64,000 nucleotides of DNA from an uncultured Gammaproteobacteria bacterium (GTDB taxonomy: Bacteria; Patescibacteriota; Microgenomatia; Daviesbacterales; UBA10151), in the NCBI GenBank assembly GCA_964405655.1, contig CAYOOO010000003.1:11758-75757 (forward strand). Reading direction: 5' to 3'. Below, piece after piece: positions 47,368-57,521 of this stretch. Each line of letters opens with the position of its first letter. Position 1 is the stretch's first letter. The notes under the pieces were generated by a model that made no database searches, had not been told where the DNA came from, and saw only the letters and a program-made list of their open reading frames with translations. The position numbers were made by a program, and so were the translations under genes.

Positions 47368-47811
47368 CTACTTCTCAGGACTAATTACTAGATGTCTGTC
47401 AGGTCCTTCGCCTGTACTTTCAGAGCTGACGCCAGGAGTTTGCTGGATAGTCACATGAACTATCCGCCTTTGCCAGGCTGGCATAGGTAAGAGCTCTAAA
47501 GGTTGACCCTCTTCCAAAACCTTTTGGGCCCATTCTCTAGCTTTATGGGCAACCTCTTCTTCTTTATTCTTTCTCCAACCTGAAACATCAATAATAATCC
47601 GTTTTCCAAAACCCTCCTGTTTTGAAACTATTAAATTGACTAAAAGCTGCAAGGCTGTCAGAGTCTCACCTTGGTGTCCTATTAATTTACCTGCCTCCTC
47701 TGTGTCAATCGAGACAAAGACACCATCTTCCTTCTCCTCAACCTCAAACGATCCTTCCAGGGCCAGTAGACTTAAGATATTTTCCAGTATTTCCGAAACC
47801 TTAGCTTCCAT
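47368..47811 (-). CDS. jag: Jag/KhpB RNA-binding protein (KH + R3H, short form)
   Basis: LIGHQGETL.ALQ and PM.AWQRRIVH; next to yidC. Confidence 0.9.
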   Translation of the reverse strand: MEAKVSEILENILSLLALEGSFEVEEKEDGVFVSIDTEEAGKLIGHQGETLTALQLLVNLIVSKQEGFGKRIIIDVSGWRKNKEEEVAHKAREWAQKVLEEGQPLELLPMPAWQRRIVHVTIQQTPGVSSESTGEGPDRHLVISPEK

Positions 47812-47882
47812 AAGTTAATTTAAGTCGTTAGTATAAATAAATGAGACTTGCGAGTCAATCAGAAAAAGCTTAAGGGAAATTG

Positions 47883-48743
47883 TTACTTCTTACTTTTAAA
47901 TACTAACAGTAAGTCAGCTGCTCCACCCAATCCCGAGATTAGATATTGCTGCCAAATCCCAAACAAAGTAAAGGTATTCCAGTAAAGAGCTAGTCCAATC
48001 GGAAATGAGAAGGCAAAATAACCAATCATCAGGGGCATAAGGTACATCATCTGCCCTTGAACAGCTACCATTGCATCCTCGGTTGATGCTTTTTCTTTTT
48101 TCTCCTTTGGAGAATCTGAAGGATATTTTTTAACTGGCTTAGGATACATCATTTTTGATTGAATAAATTGCAGAAGTGCAGTTAAAATTGGGACTAGAAT
48201 GACAACTACAGCCTCCAGGGATGGGGAGCTAAATAATTTAGTTAGATAACTGGCTGGTTTATCTGCCAGATTTAAACCTAGAAAATAGAGATCAGGTGAA
48301 GAATTTAAACCCCACGAAGGGATATAAAGAGCTTGGTTAATTTTTGACAAACCACCTGCTTCTCCAACCACCGCTAAGATTGTCTGGTATAAGGCAATTA
48401 GTATCGGAATTTGGATTAAGGCTGGTAAACAACCAGCTGCTGGATTAATACCTTGTTGCTTGTAAAGCTCCATCTGTGCTTTGGCTAAAGCTTGGCGATC
48501 TTTACCGTGTTTTTCTTTTAAAGCATCCAGATGTGGTTTTAGCTCAGCCATTTTTTTGGCAGATCTTAGCTGAGAACTCATTAATGGCCAGATTAAAAGC
48601 CTGATCACAACTGTCAAAAGAATTATTGATAAACCCAAAGATCCGGGAATACCAACTGAATCTAATATCCGAATAATAAATACCAATAAATTAACAATTG
48701 GTTGAAAAAATAAAAAATTAAAAATATCACCAATTATCTGCAT
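47883..48743 (-). CDS. yidC: Membrane protein insertase YidC
   Basis: IRLLIWPL, ELYKQQGINPAAGCLPALIQIP and GLALYW. Confidence 0.96.
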   Translation of the reverse strand: MQIIGDIFNFLFFQPIVNLLVFIIRILDSVGIPGSLGLSIILLTVVIRLLIWPLMSSQLRSAKKMAELKPHLDALKEKHGKDRQALAKAQMELYKQQGINPAAGCLPALIQIPILIALYQTILAVVGEAGGLSKINQALYIPSWGLNSSPDLYFLGLNLADKPASYLTKLFSSPSLEAVVVILVPILTALLQFIQSKMMYPKPVKKYPSDSPKEKKEKASTEDAMVAVQGQMMYLMPLMIGYFAFSFPIGLALYWNTFTLFGIWQQYLISGLGGAADLLLVFKSKK

Positions 48744-49003
48744 GATAGTATTCTTTTTGTGCCTAAATAAATGCCTCTTATCAAGCCTTTTTGTTTAACT
48801 GCTTGCTTAGTGTATTCAGAACAAGACAGGTCGTACTTACAAGCACCACCTGGCGCTAAAAACATTAGTATTCCCCTATCAAAGGAAAGAAATTTCTGAT
48901 AAAAATCAATTATCCAAATGAAGCTTCTTAAACCCATGGAGGGCGGAATTTCCTCTTTTAGTATATCGGCTTCTTTTTTAGTCGAAAGAAAGATTTTTGA
49001 CAT
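48734..49003 (-). CDS. yidD: Membrane protein insertion efficiency factor YidD (start may be 48937)
   Basis: YQKFLS, CKY..SCSEY..QAV and RILSC; synteny. Confidence 0.88.
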   Translation of the reverse strand: MSKIFLSTKKEADILKEEIPPSMGLRSFIWIIDFYQKFLSFDRGILMFLAPGGACKYDLSCSEYTKQAVKQKGLIRGIYLGTKRILSCR

Positions 49004-49310
49004 ATTTTAACTCTTCAACTAACTGGTCTGGCTGGCTGGTTAAACAACTACCTTTAGGCATGATAACTAAATTTAAATTCCTTTTCAAGGAAGAATAGAT
49101 CTGTTCAACTGCTCTTGATGTCAACCGCTTAGCTTTACTTCTTAGAGTAGCCTTTTTAAATACCTGGCTAGAAAGTGCAATTCCAATCCTAGGAACATCG
49201 TTTTCTCCCTGTCTTAAGAAGATCTTAAAATTTTTAGTTTCAAGTTTTTGACCATTAACCACCCATTTAAAGTCTGTTTTAAGATTTAATCTTTGGGATT
49301 TAGGTAGCAT
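48978..49310 (-). CDS. rnpA: Ribonuclease P protein component
   Basis: MLPKSQRL, RIGI and KKATLRSKAKR (RNR-like); synteny. Confidence 0.9.
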   Translation of the reverse strand: MLPKSQRLNLKTDFKWVVNGQKLETKNFKIFLRQGENDVPRIGIALSSQVFKKATLRSKAKRLTSRAVEQIYSSLKRNLNLVIMPKGSCLTSQPDQLVEELKYVKNLSFD

Positions 49311-49341
49311 GGTAAGTTATTGTATGAATTACCAACTAAAA

Positions 49342-49482
49342 CTAAACTGTTAGCCTTTTAACACCCCTATTCCTTCTTCTGCTTAAAACTTTTCGTCCAC
49401 CAGAGGAGGCCATTCTCTGTAAGAAACCATGCTTTTTGACTCTTTTGAGCTTTTTTGGTTGGTAAGTTCTTTTAGTACTCAT
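49342..49482 (-). CDS. rpmH: 50S ribosomal protein L34 (not in the ORF track)
   Basis: Hand translation: [46 protein letters not shown]. Confidence 0.97.
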   Translation of the reverse strand: MSTKRTYQPKKLKRVKKHGFLQRMASSGGRKVLSRRRNRGVKRLTV

Positions 49483-49552
49483 CTTCTAAGTTAATATTCC
49501 AAGTAGTATAACAAAAGTTGATCTATTAATAAACAGTTACTCTCTCTTTACG

Positions 49553-49576
49553 GGTTGATAAGTTATCCACTATGAT
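49553..49576 (+). promoter_or_regulatory. DnaA-box pair overlapping the dnaA -10 element
   Basis: GGTTGATAA (reverse complement TTATCAACC) and TTATCCACT abut TATGAT, 7 nt before the ATG. Confidence 0.65.
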
Positions 49577-49583
49577 CTAGGCC

Positions 49584-50939
49584 ATGGGGACAGAGGAAAA
49601 CAGTTGGCAAAAAATCCTAAATTTGATTAAAGATCAAATCTCGGCTGCGAATTTCAGGACATGGTTCTCTCAAGCCAGTTTAGGAGAGATATCTGAAAAG
49701 GGCTTAACTATTGTCGTCCCCTCAGCCTTTATCAAAGGCCAGTTAATTGCTAGGTACGAGGGATTAATTAAAGATTCAATTCAAAAAGTACTGGGTAAAG
49801 ACTTAGCTATTTCTTATCAAATAGATGCTAGAAAGGCTTATCTGCCAAAAAAGAGGGTTGAAGAGGCAAGCGAACAGATCTTTTTTTACGAAAGTACACC
49901 TAACTCTACTCAAAATACTACCAGTTTACTTAATCCAAAATATACCCTTCAAAACTTTGTCGTTGGTTTTACTAATAATTTAGCTTATGCAGCAGCTCAA
50001 GCTGTTTCTCAAAACCCAGGAACATCCTACAACCCACTATTTATTTATGGACCCTCTGGAGTAGGCAAGACCCACCTGATGCAAGCTATTGGCAGTGCCC
50101 TTGTCAGTAAAGATCCGTACTCGAAGGTGGTTTTTGTTTCCTCTGAAAGGTTTATGAATGACTTTATTGACTCTATCCAAACTAAGAAAACAGGTGACTT
50201 TAGGCAAAGATACAGGCAGTGCTCAGTATTACTAATTGATGACATCCAGTTTATAGCTGGCAAAGACTCGACTCAGGAGGAGTTTTTTCACACCTTTAAT
50301 GAACTACACTCAAGAAACAGCCAGATTGTTCTAACTTCAGACCGACCACCTAATGAGATGCAGAAGCTTGAATCAAGACTTCTTTCCAGATTTCAAGGAG
50401 GGTTAATGGTTGATATTCAACTACCTGACTTTGATACCAGGGTGGCAATACTCAAAGCCAAGCTAAAAGAAAGAGGGGAACAGTTACCAGAGGAGTTTTT
50501 AAGGTTAGTTGCTGAAAATATTGAATCTAACACTCGTGAATTAGAGGGAAAGCTGGTACAAATTCTTCAGCTCTTCAAACTTTCAAATCAACCACCTGAC
50601 TTAGAGACGGTTAAAAAAATGATTGGAAAAAGCCTTGCTACAATCAGTCAGTCTATTGATCACAAGAAGGTTTTATCTGGCATTAATCAATATTTTAATG
50701 TTAAGTTTTCGGATCTGGCTGGACCTAGGCGCCAAAAAGAACTAGTCTTACCGAGACAGATTGCCATGTTTTTAATGTACGAGGATTGCAAGTTACCAAT
50801 GGAAAAAATTGGTCAGATTTTGGGAGGAAGAGATCATACTACAGTCTTGCATGGAATTGAGAAAATACGTGAGGCTGTCACAAGGGATCGGGAAGTTCAA
50901 AGACTGGTAATAGAGGTCAGACAACAGTTAAGTACATAG
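49584..50939 (+). CDS. dnaA: Chromosomal replication initiator DnaA
   Basis: YNPLFIYGPSGVGKTHL, LIDDIQF, QEEFFHTFN, RELEG and GGRDHTTVLH. Confidence 0.99.
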   Translation: MGTEENSWQKILNLIKDQISAANFRTWFSQASLGEISEKGLTIVVPSAFIKGQLIARYEGLIKDSIQKVLGKDLAISYQIDARKAYLPKKRVEEASEQIFFYESTPNSTQNTTSLLNPKYTLQNFVVGFTNNLAYAAAQAVSQNPGTSYNPLFIYGPSGVGKTHLMQAIGSALVSKDPYSKVVFVSSERFMNDFIDSIQTKKTGDFRQRYRQCSVLLIDDIQFIAGKDSTQEEFFHTFNELHSRNSQIVLTSDRPPNEMQKLESRLLSRFQGGLMVDIQLPDFDTRVAILKAKLKERGEQLPEEFLRLVAENIESNTRELEGKLVQILQLFKLSNQPPDLETVKKMIGKSLATISQSIDHKKVLSGINQYFNVKFSDLAGPRRQKELVLPRQIAMFLMYEDCKLPMEKIGQILGGRDHTTVLHGIEKIREAVTRDREVQRLVIEVRQQLST

Positions 50940-51130
50940 CCTTTTAACTTATCCACAAATTATTAACAGCTTATCCACAAAGTTATCCACAAAAATTTAC
51001 TCTTTTTCAACACGAAATAACTACGAAAATAAACTTTGGTTTTTTGAATTATTAACATATACACCAACCTTAATATTATGGTTACTATTTTAAATATTTA
51101 TAAATATTCTCATTCTTTGGTGGAGAAGTC
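50940..51130. other. Replication origin oriC
   Basis: Perfect DnaA boxes TTATCCACA at 50949, 50971 and 50983; near-matches TTATTAACA at 50960 and 51049; AT-rich stretch at ~51070-51115; lies between dnaA and dnaN. Confidence 0.9.
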
Positions 51131-51170
51131 TAACAAAATTTTTAAAGTAGTATAATATCTAAACTGCTAA

Positions 51171-51635
51171 ATGGATAAGATTAATTGGGTAGTTTTAGGA
51201 TTCGTAGCTTTAGCTTTAGTTATTGCATATCTTTTAGGAAGACTTCATTCAAAATCTAAAAGTAGCCTCAGTGATATCCCCCAAGATTTCATTGATCTTT
51301 ATAGGCAAGTTGATGGGTTACCTTTAAGAATTCTTCAAACAATTCAAGGTTCGATTAATCCGCAGAAAGGGAAGATGGCAGAACTTTTAACCTATGCTGA
51401 ACTTAGGTATGATTATGATCGGATAATTCCTTTGGGTTGGCCAATAGACTTTATTGGTATTAAAAATAATGAGCGGATCGATTTCATTGAGGTAAAATCA
51501 GGTAATAATTACATCTTGACAGATCAGGAGAAAGAGATTAAAAACCTAATATTAACAGGAAGAGTTAGTTTTAGATTAATTAAAGTCAGCGAAGAAGAGG
51601 TTCATAGGTTTGTGGCTGCCAGAAAGGAAGGGTAA
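51171..51635 (+). CDS. Membrane-anchored Holliday-junction-resolvase-like PD-(D/E)XK endonuclease
   Basis: N-terminal TM; KGKMAE, LGWPIDFI, FIEVKSG and LTDQEK.IK motifs (Endonuc_Holl-like). Confidence 0.8.
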   Translation: MDKINWVVLGFVALALVIAYLLGRLHSKSKSSLSDIPQDFIDLYRQVDGLPLRILQTIQGSINPQKGKMAELLTYAELRYDYDRIIPLGWPIDFIGIKNNERIDFIEVKSGNNYILTDQEKEIKNLILTGRVSFRLIKVSEEEVHRFVAARKEG

Positions 51636-51640
51636 AGTTT

Positions 51641-52759
51641 GTGAAGGTAACACTGCTTCAGCAGGATTTAATAGCTCCCTTGCAATCAGTTTCTCGCTCA
51701 GTTGGGGTTAAAAGCTCTTTACCGGTTTTAGCAAATATTTTAATCAGAACAGAAGATGGTAACTTAAAATTATCAGCTACCAATTTAGAAGTCGGAGTTA
51801 TCAAAACAGTTAAGGCTCAGGTTATTGAGGAAGGAGAGATAACTGTTCCAGCTAGGACGCTGCTAGAAATAGTCAGCTCATTAACCAGTGCCAAACTGAC
51901 TTTTGAAACCTCCTCAGATCAGCTCAAGATCTCAACTGATAACTTTAATGCAATCCTAAACGGGATCTCAGCCAGTGAATTTCCGACTATCCCGATAGTT
52001 AGTGAAAATACTGTTCATATAGAGGGTCAAATTTTAAAATCAACTATCCCGCAAATTACCTTTGCGGCAGCTAGTGATGAAGGTAGGCCGATTCTAACTG
52101 GTATTCTAACAGAGATAAAAAAAGACAGTTTGGAGCTAGTGGCAACTGATGGTTTTAGATTAGCTCATAAAACAGCCAAGATTGAGGGAGATGCAGACAA
52201 AAACCTTCGCTGCCTGATTCCCCGTCGGACATTTGAGGAAGTGGTTAGGCTAATAGCAGAGGAGATTGGGGAAGAGCAGAAAGAGAAGGTAGAGATCTCA
52301 ATGGCGGACAGTCAAAATCAGATGATCTTTAAGATAGGCCAAACCTTAGTCTCAACACGTTTAATTGAAGGCCAGTTTCCAGCCTGGGAAAAGATCATCC
52401 CAACTAAATTTGAAAATAGAACGATTATTGACAGGACAGAGCTTTTAAAAGCAGTCAAGCTTGCTTCGGTTTTTGCCAAGGGTGATGCTAATATCGTTAA
52501 AATTGCCACATCAGATGGTAAGCTGAAATTAACTTCAGAGGCTAAAGAGTTAGGGGGGCAGGAGAATGAGGTGGAGGCTCAAACAGAGGGGGTAGAACTT
52601 GTTGTTGCTTTTAACTCCAAATTTTTAATAGATGCTTTATCTGCCTGTCAAAGCAGTCAAATTAGAATTGAATTTTCTGGCAGCCTTTCACCAGCACTAA
52701 TTAAGCCTCTGGGAGAAGAGGGTTTGGAGTATGTAGTTATGCCAATCCGCCTAAATTAA
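51641..52759 (+). CDS. dnaN: DNA polymerase III beta clamp
   Basis: LPVLANIL, ATNLE, RPILTG, VATDGFRL, RLIEGQFP and VVMPIR. Confidence 0.98.
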   Translation: MKVTLLQQDLIAPLQSVSRSVGVKSSLPVLANILIRTEDGNLKLSATNLEVGVIKTVKAQVIEEGEITVPARTLLEIVSSLTSAKLTFETSSDQLKISTDNFNAILNGISASEFPTIPIVSENTVHIEGQILKSTIPQITFAAASDEGRPILTGILTEIKKDSLELVATDGFRLAHKTAKIEGDADKNLRCLIPRRTFEEVVRLIAEEIGEEQKEKVEISMADSQNQMIFKIGQTLVSTRLIEGQFPAWEKIIPTKFENRTIIDRTELLKAVKLASVFAKGDANIVKIATSDGKLKLTSEAKELGGQENEVEAQTEGVELVVAFNSKFLIDALSACQSSQIRIEFSGSLSPALIKPLGEEGLEYVVMPIRLN

Positions 52760-53202
52760 GCACCCCGATATTGAATGGTTTTGAAGTGAAAGATCTTTTC
52801 TACCTCAAGCCTTTTTTTACCATCAAATTTGGTATCAGGCAAGATCTTTAGGGTATAACCCTGACCAAGACTGTAGGGATTAATTGGAGTGATTTTAGCT
52901 GTTTTTCGGTCATCGCTTAACTCAACTTTAATTTTTGCTTCTGGCTCAACCACCAGCTTTAGTTCAGCACTGCCTTCCAGGGGTAGATTAAAACTAACAC
53001 TAATGGTTTGAGTGGGTAAGATTGTGGCATCCTCCAGGGGTGATGGATCAGTTGAGACAACTGCAGTATTTTGGGTGACCTTATCAACAATAGGAGCAGT
53101 TTTAGGTGGGGTATAAAAACCAAATCTAAAAATAGCAATCAAGGCTGCACCAATGATCGCTACTGCAATCATAATCTTTTGTTTTAAAGATAAGTTGGTC
53201 AT
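52756..53202 (-). CDS. TM-anchored Ig-like (Big_5-type) domain protein
   Basis: TM, then VVSTDP...ISVSFNLPL...ITP....GQGYTLKI...FKT. Confidence 0.72.
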   Translation of the reverse strand: MTNLSLKQKIMIAVAIIGAALIAIFRFGFYTPPKTAPIVDKVTQNTAVVSTDPSPLEDATILPTQTISVSFNLPLEGSAELKLVVEPEAKIKVELSDDRKTAKITPINPYSLGQGYTLKILPDTKFDGKKRLEVEKIFHFKTIQYRGA

Positions 53203-53654
53203 GTTCCAGAATAAGGAGCTGTTCTAAAATCCATTATAATATTTTCAGGAATTTTTTCTCCATCGGTTCCTGTTAAAACACCATCAATAGTTAACTTGTA
53301 TTTAGTTTCAAACTTCCAGATCTTTTTAGGGGCTATTTGAATAGTCTGACCATCAGGCTCAAGCATAAGATCGAAATCTGTTTCAGGTTCGATTGATACT
53401 TTAATTGTTCTTTCGTCTACTGGTTTACTAAATTTGAAGGTAATTTTATCAGAGACGTTAACCAAGGATTTGTCAAAGCTTGTACTTGTTACACTAAGAT
53501 TTGTTTGCGGGCTAGTACCAGCAGGCTGTTTAGGAGCAGAGTTTTGTGTATTTTTTGGCAGTAAGGCCTTACTAAATGTAAGCACAATTAACAATATTAA
53601 TAAGACTATTATTAAAATTACAGTCTTAGGGTTTAAATATTTCATTGTGTACAC
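53199..53654 (-). CDS. TM-anchored Ig-like (Big_5-type) domain protein
   Basis: TM, then ITFKFSKPVD...IAP..W.FETKYKLTI...FRT; likely paralog of the neighbour. Confidence 0.75.
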   Translation of the reverse strand: MYTMKYLNPKTVILIIVLLILLIVLTFSKALLPKNTQNSAPKQPAGTSPQTNLSVTSTSFDKSLVNVSDKITFKFSKPVDERTIKVSIEPETDFDLMLEPDGQTIQIAPKKIWKFETKYKLTIDGVLTGTDGEKIPENIIMDFRTAPYSGT

Positions 53655-56600
53655 ATTCCCAAATCACGATCAGGGTATTTCCATCCCGGATCATAAAGCT
53701 GTAGATTATTGGCTGTTATCGGTTCAGCGATATTTAGCCCAACTGTAACATGAATATGGTAACCTGGGCCACTGGCCGATGAAATTTGAGCGATAGGTTT
53801 GGTAGTATCAACGCCTTGCCCAGGAGTAAAGGATGGTTCGGCAATAGCGTGAATAAAGTGCATAGTCCATTTGCCTTGGGCTGTTTGCTCAGACTGAAAG
53901 ACCCTCAAGGTTGCACCGATGCCGTCGGGAAAGTCATTTATAAAGTTCCACTTCAAAACTTGGCCATTAATTGTTGGGATATAAACATTTTCCCCAACTT
54001 TTCCACCAATATCAATAGATTTAGCTGTCCTTTTAAGATTGCCTCCTGAGATATAGTTTTTGTCATCGCAAAGTCCAGGATAAGCAGCACGGTATTTGGG
54101 GCTACAATGGCCCCCAATGTTATTTTCTCCTGTTGAACTATTTGACCCTAAAGCACAAACACCATCAAATCCAGACCAGGTAGCCTCAGATCCATACGAT
54201 GAGCAAATAATCTTACCTCCTGGAATTGGGCAAGTAGCTTTACCCAAAACCACCGAGGGTGGAGCACTACAAACCGGTAGTAGACCTGCGGATCCTAATC
54301 CTGATGATGGTAAGCCGCCTCCGCCGCCTGGCTTACATGGTTGACCACCAAGAAAATTTGAAATTCCATTACAATATCCTAAAGCAATATCATCTGTATA
54401 AGCATAGAGATCGCTATAGTCAGATTTTGTCTTCATATAATTTTTCATTATTATTCCAGGCATTTTTCTCTTACGCTGGATAGATGGGACCTTTCCTCCA
54501 TAATAGCCGCCGGTCTTTGCACCCTGAGGTCCCAGAACATAGTACTCCAAGCCTTCTTGGTCATCTGTTCCTTGATCTGTACCTACTTTTGTACTCTCAT
54601 CAACTTTAAAGGTAATTCCGCTGACCTTGTTCTTTAGCTGCTTTGTAACTGCTTGTCCCATCGTTTCACCTAAACGTTTACTCTCTGAAGAGAAGGGTCC
54701 TTTCTCAGAATAGATCGGCCCAAAAGAATTTGTTTGGACTCCAGCATCAGCATGGATTGAGATAAAGGCTGCTGTATTATTTGAATTGGCAAAATCAACC
54801 CTTTTTTGTAAATTTTCATAGTAATCAACCTCCTCACAACTACCGTCACTATTAGGGTTATAAACTTTAGCATCAATGCCATTTTTTTGTAAAAGACTTG
54901 CCAATTTTTTAGCCTGTTCGATATTTAGTTTATTTTCAGCTGCTTTATTTTCTTTATACTTATCATTTGAACAGTGACCAGGATCTAAAACAACAATAGG
55001 TGGTTTTGTCACAGTTCTTTGAAGCAAGCTAGAACTTACTTGACCAGCGCTACAGCTTGAAATACTTTCGAACAGGTCATCACCATAGTTGTATTGATCT
55101 GCGTCACCATAAATCAATCCTCCATAATAGCTTCTGGCAAGCTGTGAGACTTTAGTTTTATCATTTGTCCATTGGGGATTCCAGCTACTAGCACCCATCT
55201 TAGCTAAGATAAAACCACCAGCCATGGTAATATTTTTCCTTGGATCACAGTAATCTTTAAGTGTTAGGTTATTAACACTTTTACCAATCAGCTCAGCTCC
55301 TTTTTGAACTGCATCTTTAGCATGTCCATTTGTACCAGGTGGTTGAATCTGCATAACCCCAAGCGCATTATTTGAGCTAACTGGGCAAACTGCTTTTTCA
55401 GTCCCCGGGATCTTAAGAGATTTTATCTTAGCAATCTCTGAGGCAGAGTTACTATCTGTCAAAACTACATTCGGGATACTACGGTTTTCAATATAGCTAA
55501 TATCTTCGTCAGTATAATCTGAAATAGTATAGGTACCGGTTGTAGATTCAACTCTGGCAATTCCTGCTAAAACTGATGCTGGAACAGTTGACTTTTGTGA
55601 GGCTTCTTGGAAATAGCTTAATAGCTTGCTGCTTTGGTAAGGGAGAGAGGCTCTGGCGCCCTGGTCACTTTTAGTAAATTTACAAGCTGCCAATGTGCCT
55701 GTTTGAGCAGCAACTGGTTGGCTAGATTGTAGAATTGGTGTACCTTTAGGATCACATGCGTTTACCTCTACCGCCAGTTCTACAATATCATTATAGGAGT
55801 GAATACAGTTGTTGTTTTGAGAGACATTATCATTTTGCTCAGCTGCCTCAAGCAAAGGTGATCTTGATCCAAAAACTTCCGCAAAGTCATCAAGTGTTTG
55901 TAAAGGCAGAGTTATTGGCTGATCTTTATAGATGTCATAATTTGAGAGTGTTTGACCTTGGTAAGAGTATTGAGGCGTTTTATTATTTCTATTCTCAGAA
56001 TAAAATTTACAGGAGGGACTACTTGCGTCTCTGCTGACAAGACATTTGGCAGGGCTCACCCCTGGTCCGTCACTTAAACCTAATGCGCACTCAACCTGAT
56101 CGTTGAAGTTATTTGGTACAAAAACACAGCCTAATGATTCACCAAATTTTGATTCTGATCTCCAGTAAGCCAGACCAATAACCGGGTTAATGCCTTTTGA
56201 CTCAGCTTTTTCTTTTATATAGTTAGCCCGCCTGATAAATTCATCTTTAGATGAATACTTTCCTTGAGCTTCAGGCCAAAACCTTTCAACAAATTTGGTC
56301 ATCTGAGCATCAGTTAAATCGCCGTAAGGATAAGAAGAGCTGAATTTATTAGTAAAAAGCGGCACAGTTGGATCAAAATATCTACATGTTTCTGGAGTAG
56401 TTTTTCTGTTGGCTGCAATCGCATCCAAAGATGGGCAACCTCCTGAACCAGTGCTGGCTCCTCCAGCTCCTGCTGGAAAACAAGCTTGAGTGGTAGGAGG
56501 AAGTTGGCCAGGAATTGGTAATAGAGCAGTGTTTTTGATTTGGTCCCAAAAGATAAAAATTCCTATGGTGACAATTAAAACTATTCCTATTAGCCAGCCT

Positions 56601-57472
56601 AAAGATCCTAAAGCTGCAAAAATTCCTCCAGCCCGGGCAGCAAGAGAAGCTGCAGCTGGGATTCCTCTGCCTAGGGCAGGAAGCCCTCTTCCCAGGGATG
56701 ACAGTGGTATTCTTGGTATTCCTCTGGCAGCTCCACCTGGGCTAGGTACACCACCTCCGCTCCCACTTGGTGAAGTAATGGCTGGAGAGGCAGGTGCAGA
56801 GGGGGTGGATCCTGCACTAACAGGTCCTGCTCTGGGGATCCTTTCACCAAGCTGTTCAGCTATACTTCTGGGTTGAGTATATTCAGCTGGTCTTTCAATC
56901 AATACTGTCATCTGTCTTTGGGTAGGGGGGGGTTGGGGTCCTGTCGGGTAAACTGTCTCAGCTGGTTGGGTTCCAGCTTGAGGAGGTTGTGGAGGTTGGG
57001 GTGGTTGTTTGGCTGGAAAAGGAGGTTGTTGCATAGGAATTCCTTTAGCAAGAGGTAAGACTGGGGCAGTAGCTACAGCAGCTTTTCTCTTATCTTCGCC
57101 TTCTTTCTTTTCAGTGCCTTTTTCCTCCTCGGTAGCCTTTTGTTTAGCCTCTTGCTGTTTAATCTCCTCGTTTAAAATTTCCCATTCGCTTTTCTCGCCC
57201 GGGGTAATGGCAAAGAAGAAACTGAAGAAGGAGTTGAGTTGATCTGTGTCTTTAGCAACAGCTAAGTAATTAATACCAGGAAACTTATCTGAGTACTTTT
57301 TAGGATTTCTGTCAATGATTGCCTTAATGTAGTCTTTAACAGCCTTGCCCTTAAACCCATTCTTAATATAGAACTCTTTGCTATTGTGTAGCCCTTGAGA
57401 AGGAGCAGCAGAGAAGGCCCAGGCAAAGTCGCGAATATCAGTTAAGGAGATAGACTTATCTGGGGCAGCCAT
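53642..57472 (-). CDS. Large membrane-anchored multi-domain peptidoglycan hydrolase (VirB1-like position)
   Basis: Pro-rich linker, Gly/Ala-rich TM, two lysozyme-like motifs (LAYWRSESKFG; AGIARVES..ALGVMQI), Amidase_3 (VVLDPGH..E..ISIHAD) and an M23-like end (SID..HIH). Confidence 0.78.
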   Translation of the reverse strand: MAAPDKSISLTDIRDFAWAFSAAPSQGLHNSKEFYIKNGFKGKAVKDYIKAIIDRNPKKYSDKFPGINYLAVAKDTDQLNSFFSFFFAITPGEKSEWEILNEEIKQQEAKQKATEEEKGTEKKEGEDKRKAAVATAPVLPLAKGIPMQQPPFPAKQPPQPPQPPQAGTQPAETVYPTGPQPPPTQRQMTVLIERPAEYTQPRSIAEQLGERIPRAGPVSAGSTPSAPASPAITSPSGSGGGVPSPGGAARGIPRIPLSSLGRGLPALGRGIPAAASLAARAGGIFAALGSLGWLIGIVLIVTIGIFIFWDQIKNTALLPIPGQLPPTTQACFPAGAGGASTGSGGCPSLDAIAANRKTTPETCRYFDPTVPLFTNKFSSSYPYGDLTDAQMTKFVERFWPEAQGKYSSKDEFIRRANYIKEKAESKGINPVIGLAYWRSESKFGESLGCVFVPNNFNDQVECALGLSDGPGVSPAKCLVSRDASSPSCKFYSENRNNKTPQYSYQGQTLSNYDIYKDQPITLPLQTLDDFAEVFGSRSPLLEAAEQNDNVSQNNNCIHSYNDIVELAVEVNACDPKGTPILQSSQPVAAQTGTLAACKFTKSDQGARASLPYQSSKLLSYFQEASQKSTVPASVLAGIARVESTTGTYTISDYTDEDISYIENRSIPNVVLTDSNSASEIAKIKSLKIPGTEKAVCPVSSNNALGVMQIQPPGTNGHAKDAVQKGAELIGKSVNNLTLKDYCDPRKNITMAGGFILAKMGASSWNPQWTNDKTKVSQLARSYYGGLIYGDADQYNYGDDLFESISSCSAGQVSSSLLQRTVTKPPIVVLDPGHCSNDKYKENKAAENKLNIEQAKKLASLLQKNGIDAKVYNPNSDGSCEEVDYYENLQKRVDFANSNNTAAFISIHADAGVQTNSFGPIYSEKGPFSSESKRLGETMGQAVTKQLKNKVSGITFKVDESTKVGTDQGTDDQEGLEYYVLGPQGAKTGGYYGGKVPSIQRKRKMPGIIMKNYMKTKSDYSDLYAYTDDIALGYCNGISNFLGGQPCKPGGGGGLPSSGLGSAGLLPVCSAPPSVVLGKATCPIPGGKIICSSYGSEATWSGFDGVCALGSNSSTGENNIGGHCSPKYRAAYPGLCDDKNYISGGNLKRTAKSIDIGGKVGENVYIPTINGQVLKWNFINDFPDGIGATLRVFQSEQTAQGKWTMHFIHAIAEPSFTPGQGVDTTKPIAQISSASGPGYHIHVTVGLNIAEPITANNLQLYDPGWKYPDRDLGMCTQ

Positions 57473-57521
57473 GTTAATAGCTACTAGTTTAATACAACTG
57501 TAATCTTAGTGCTACAGATTA

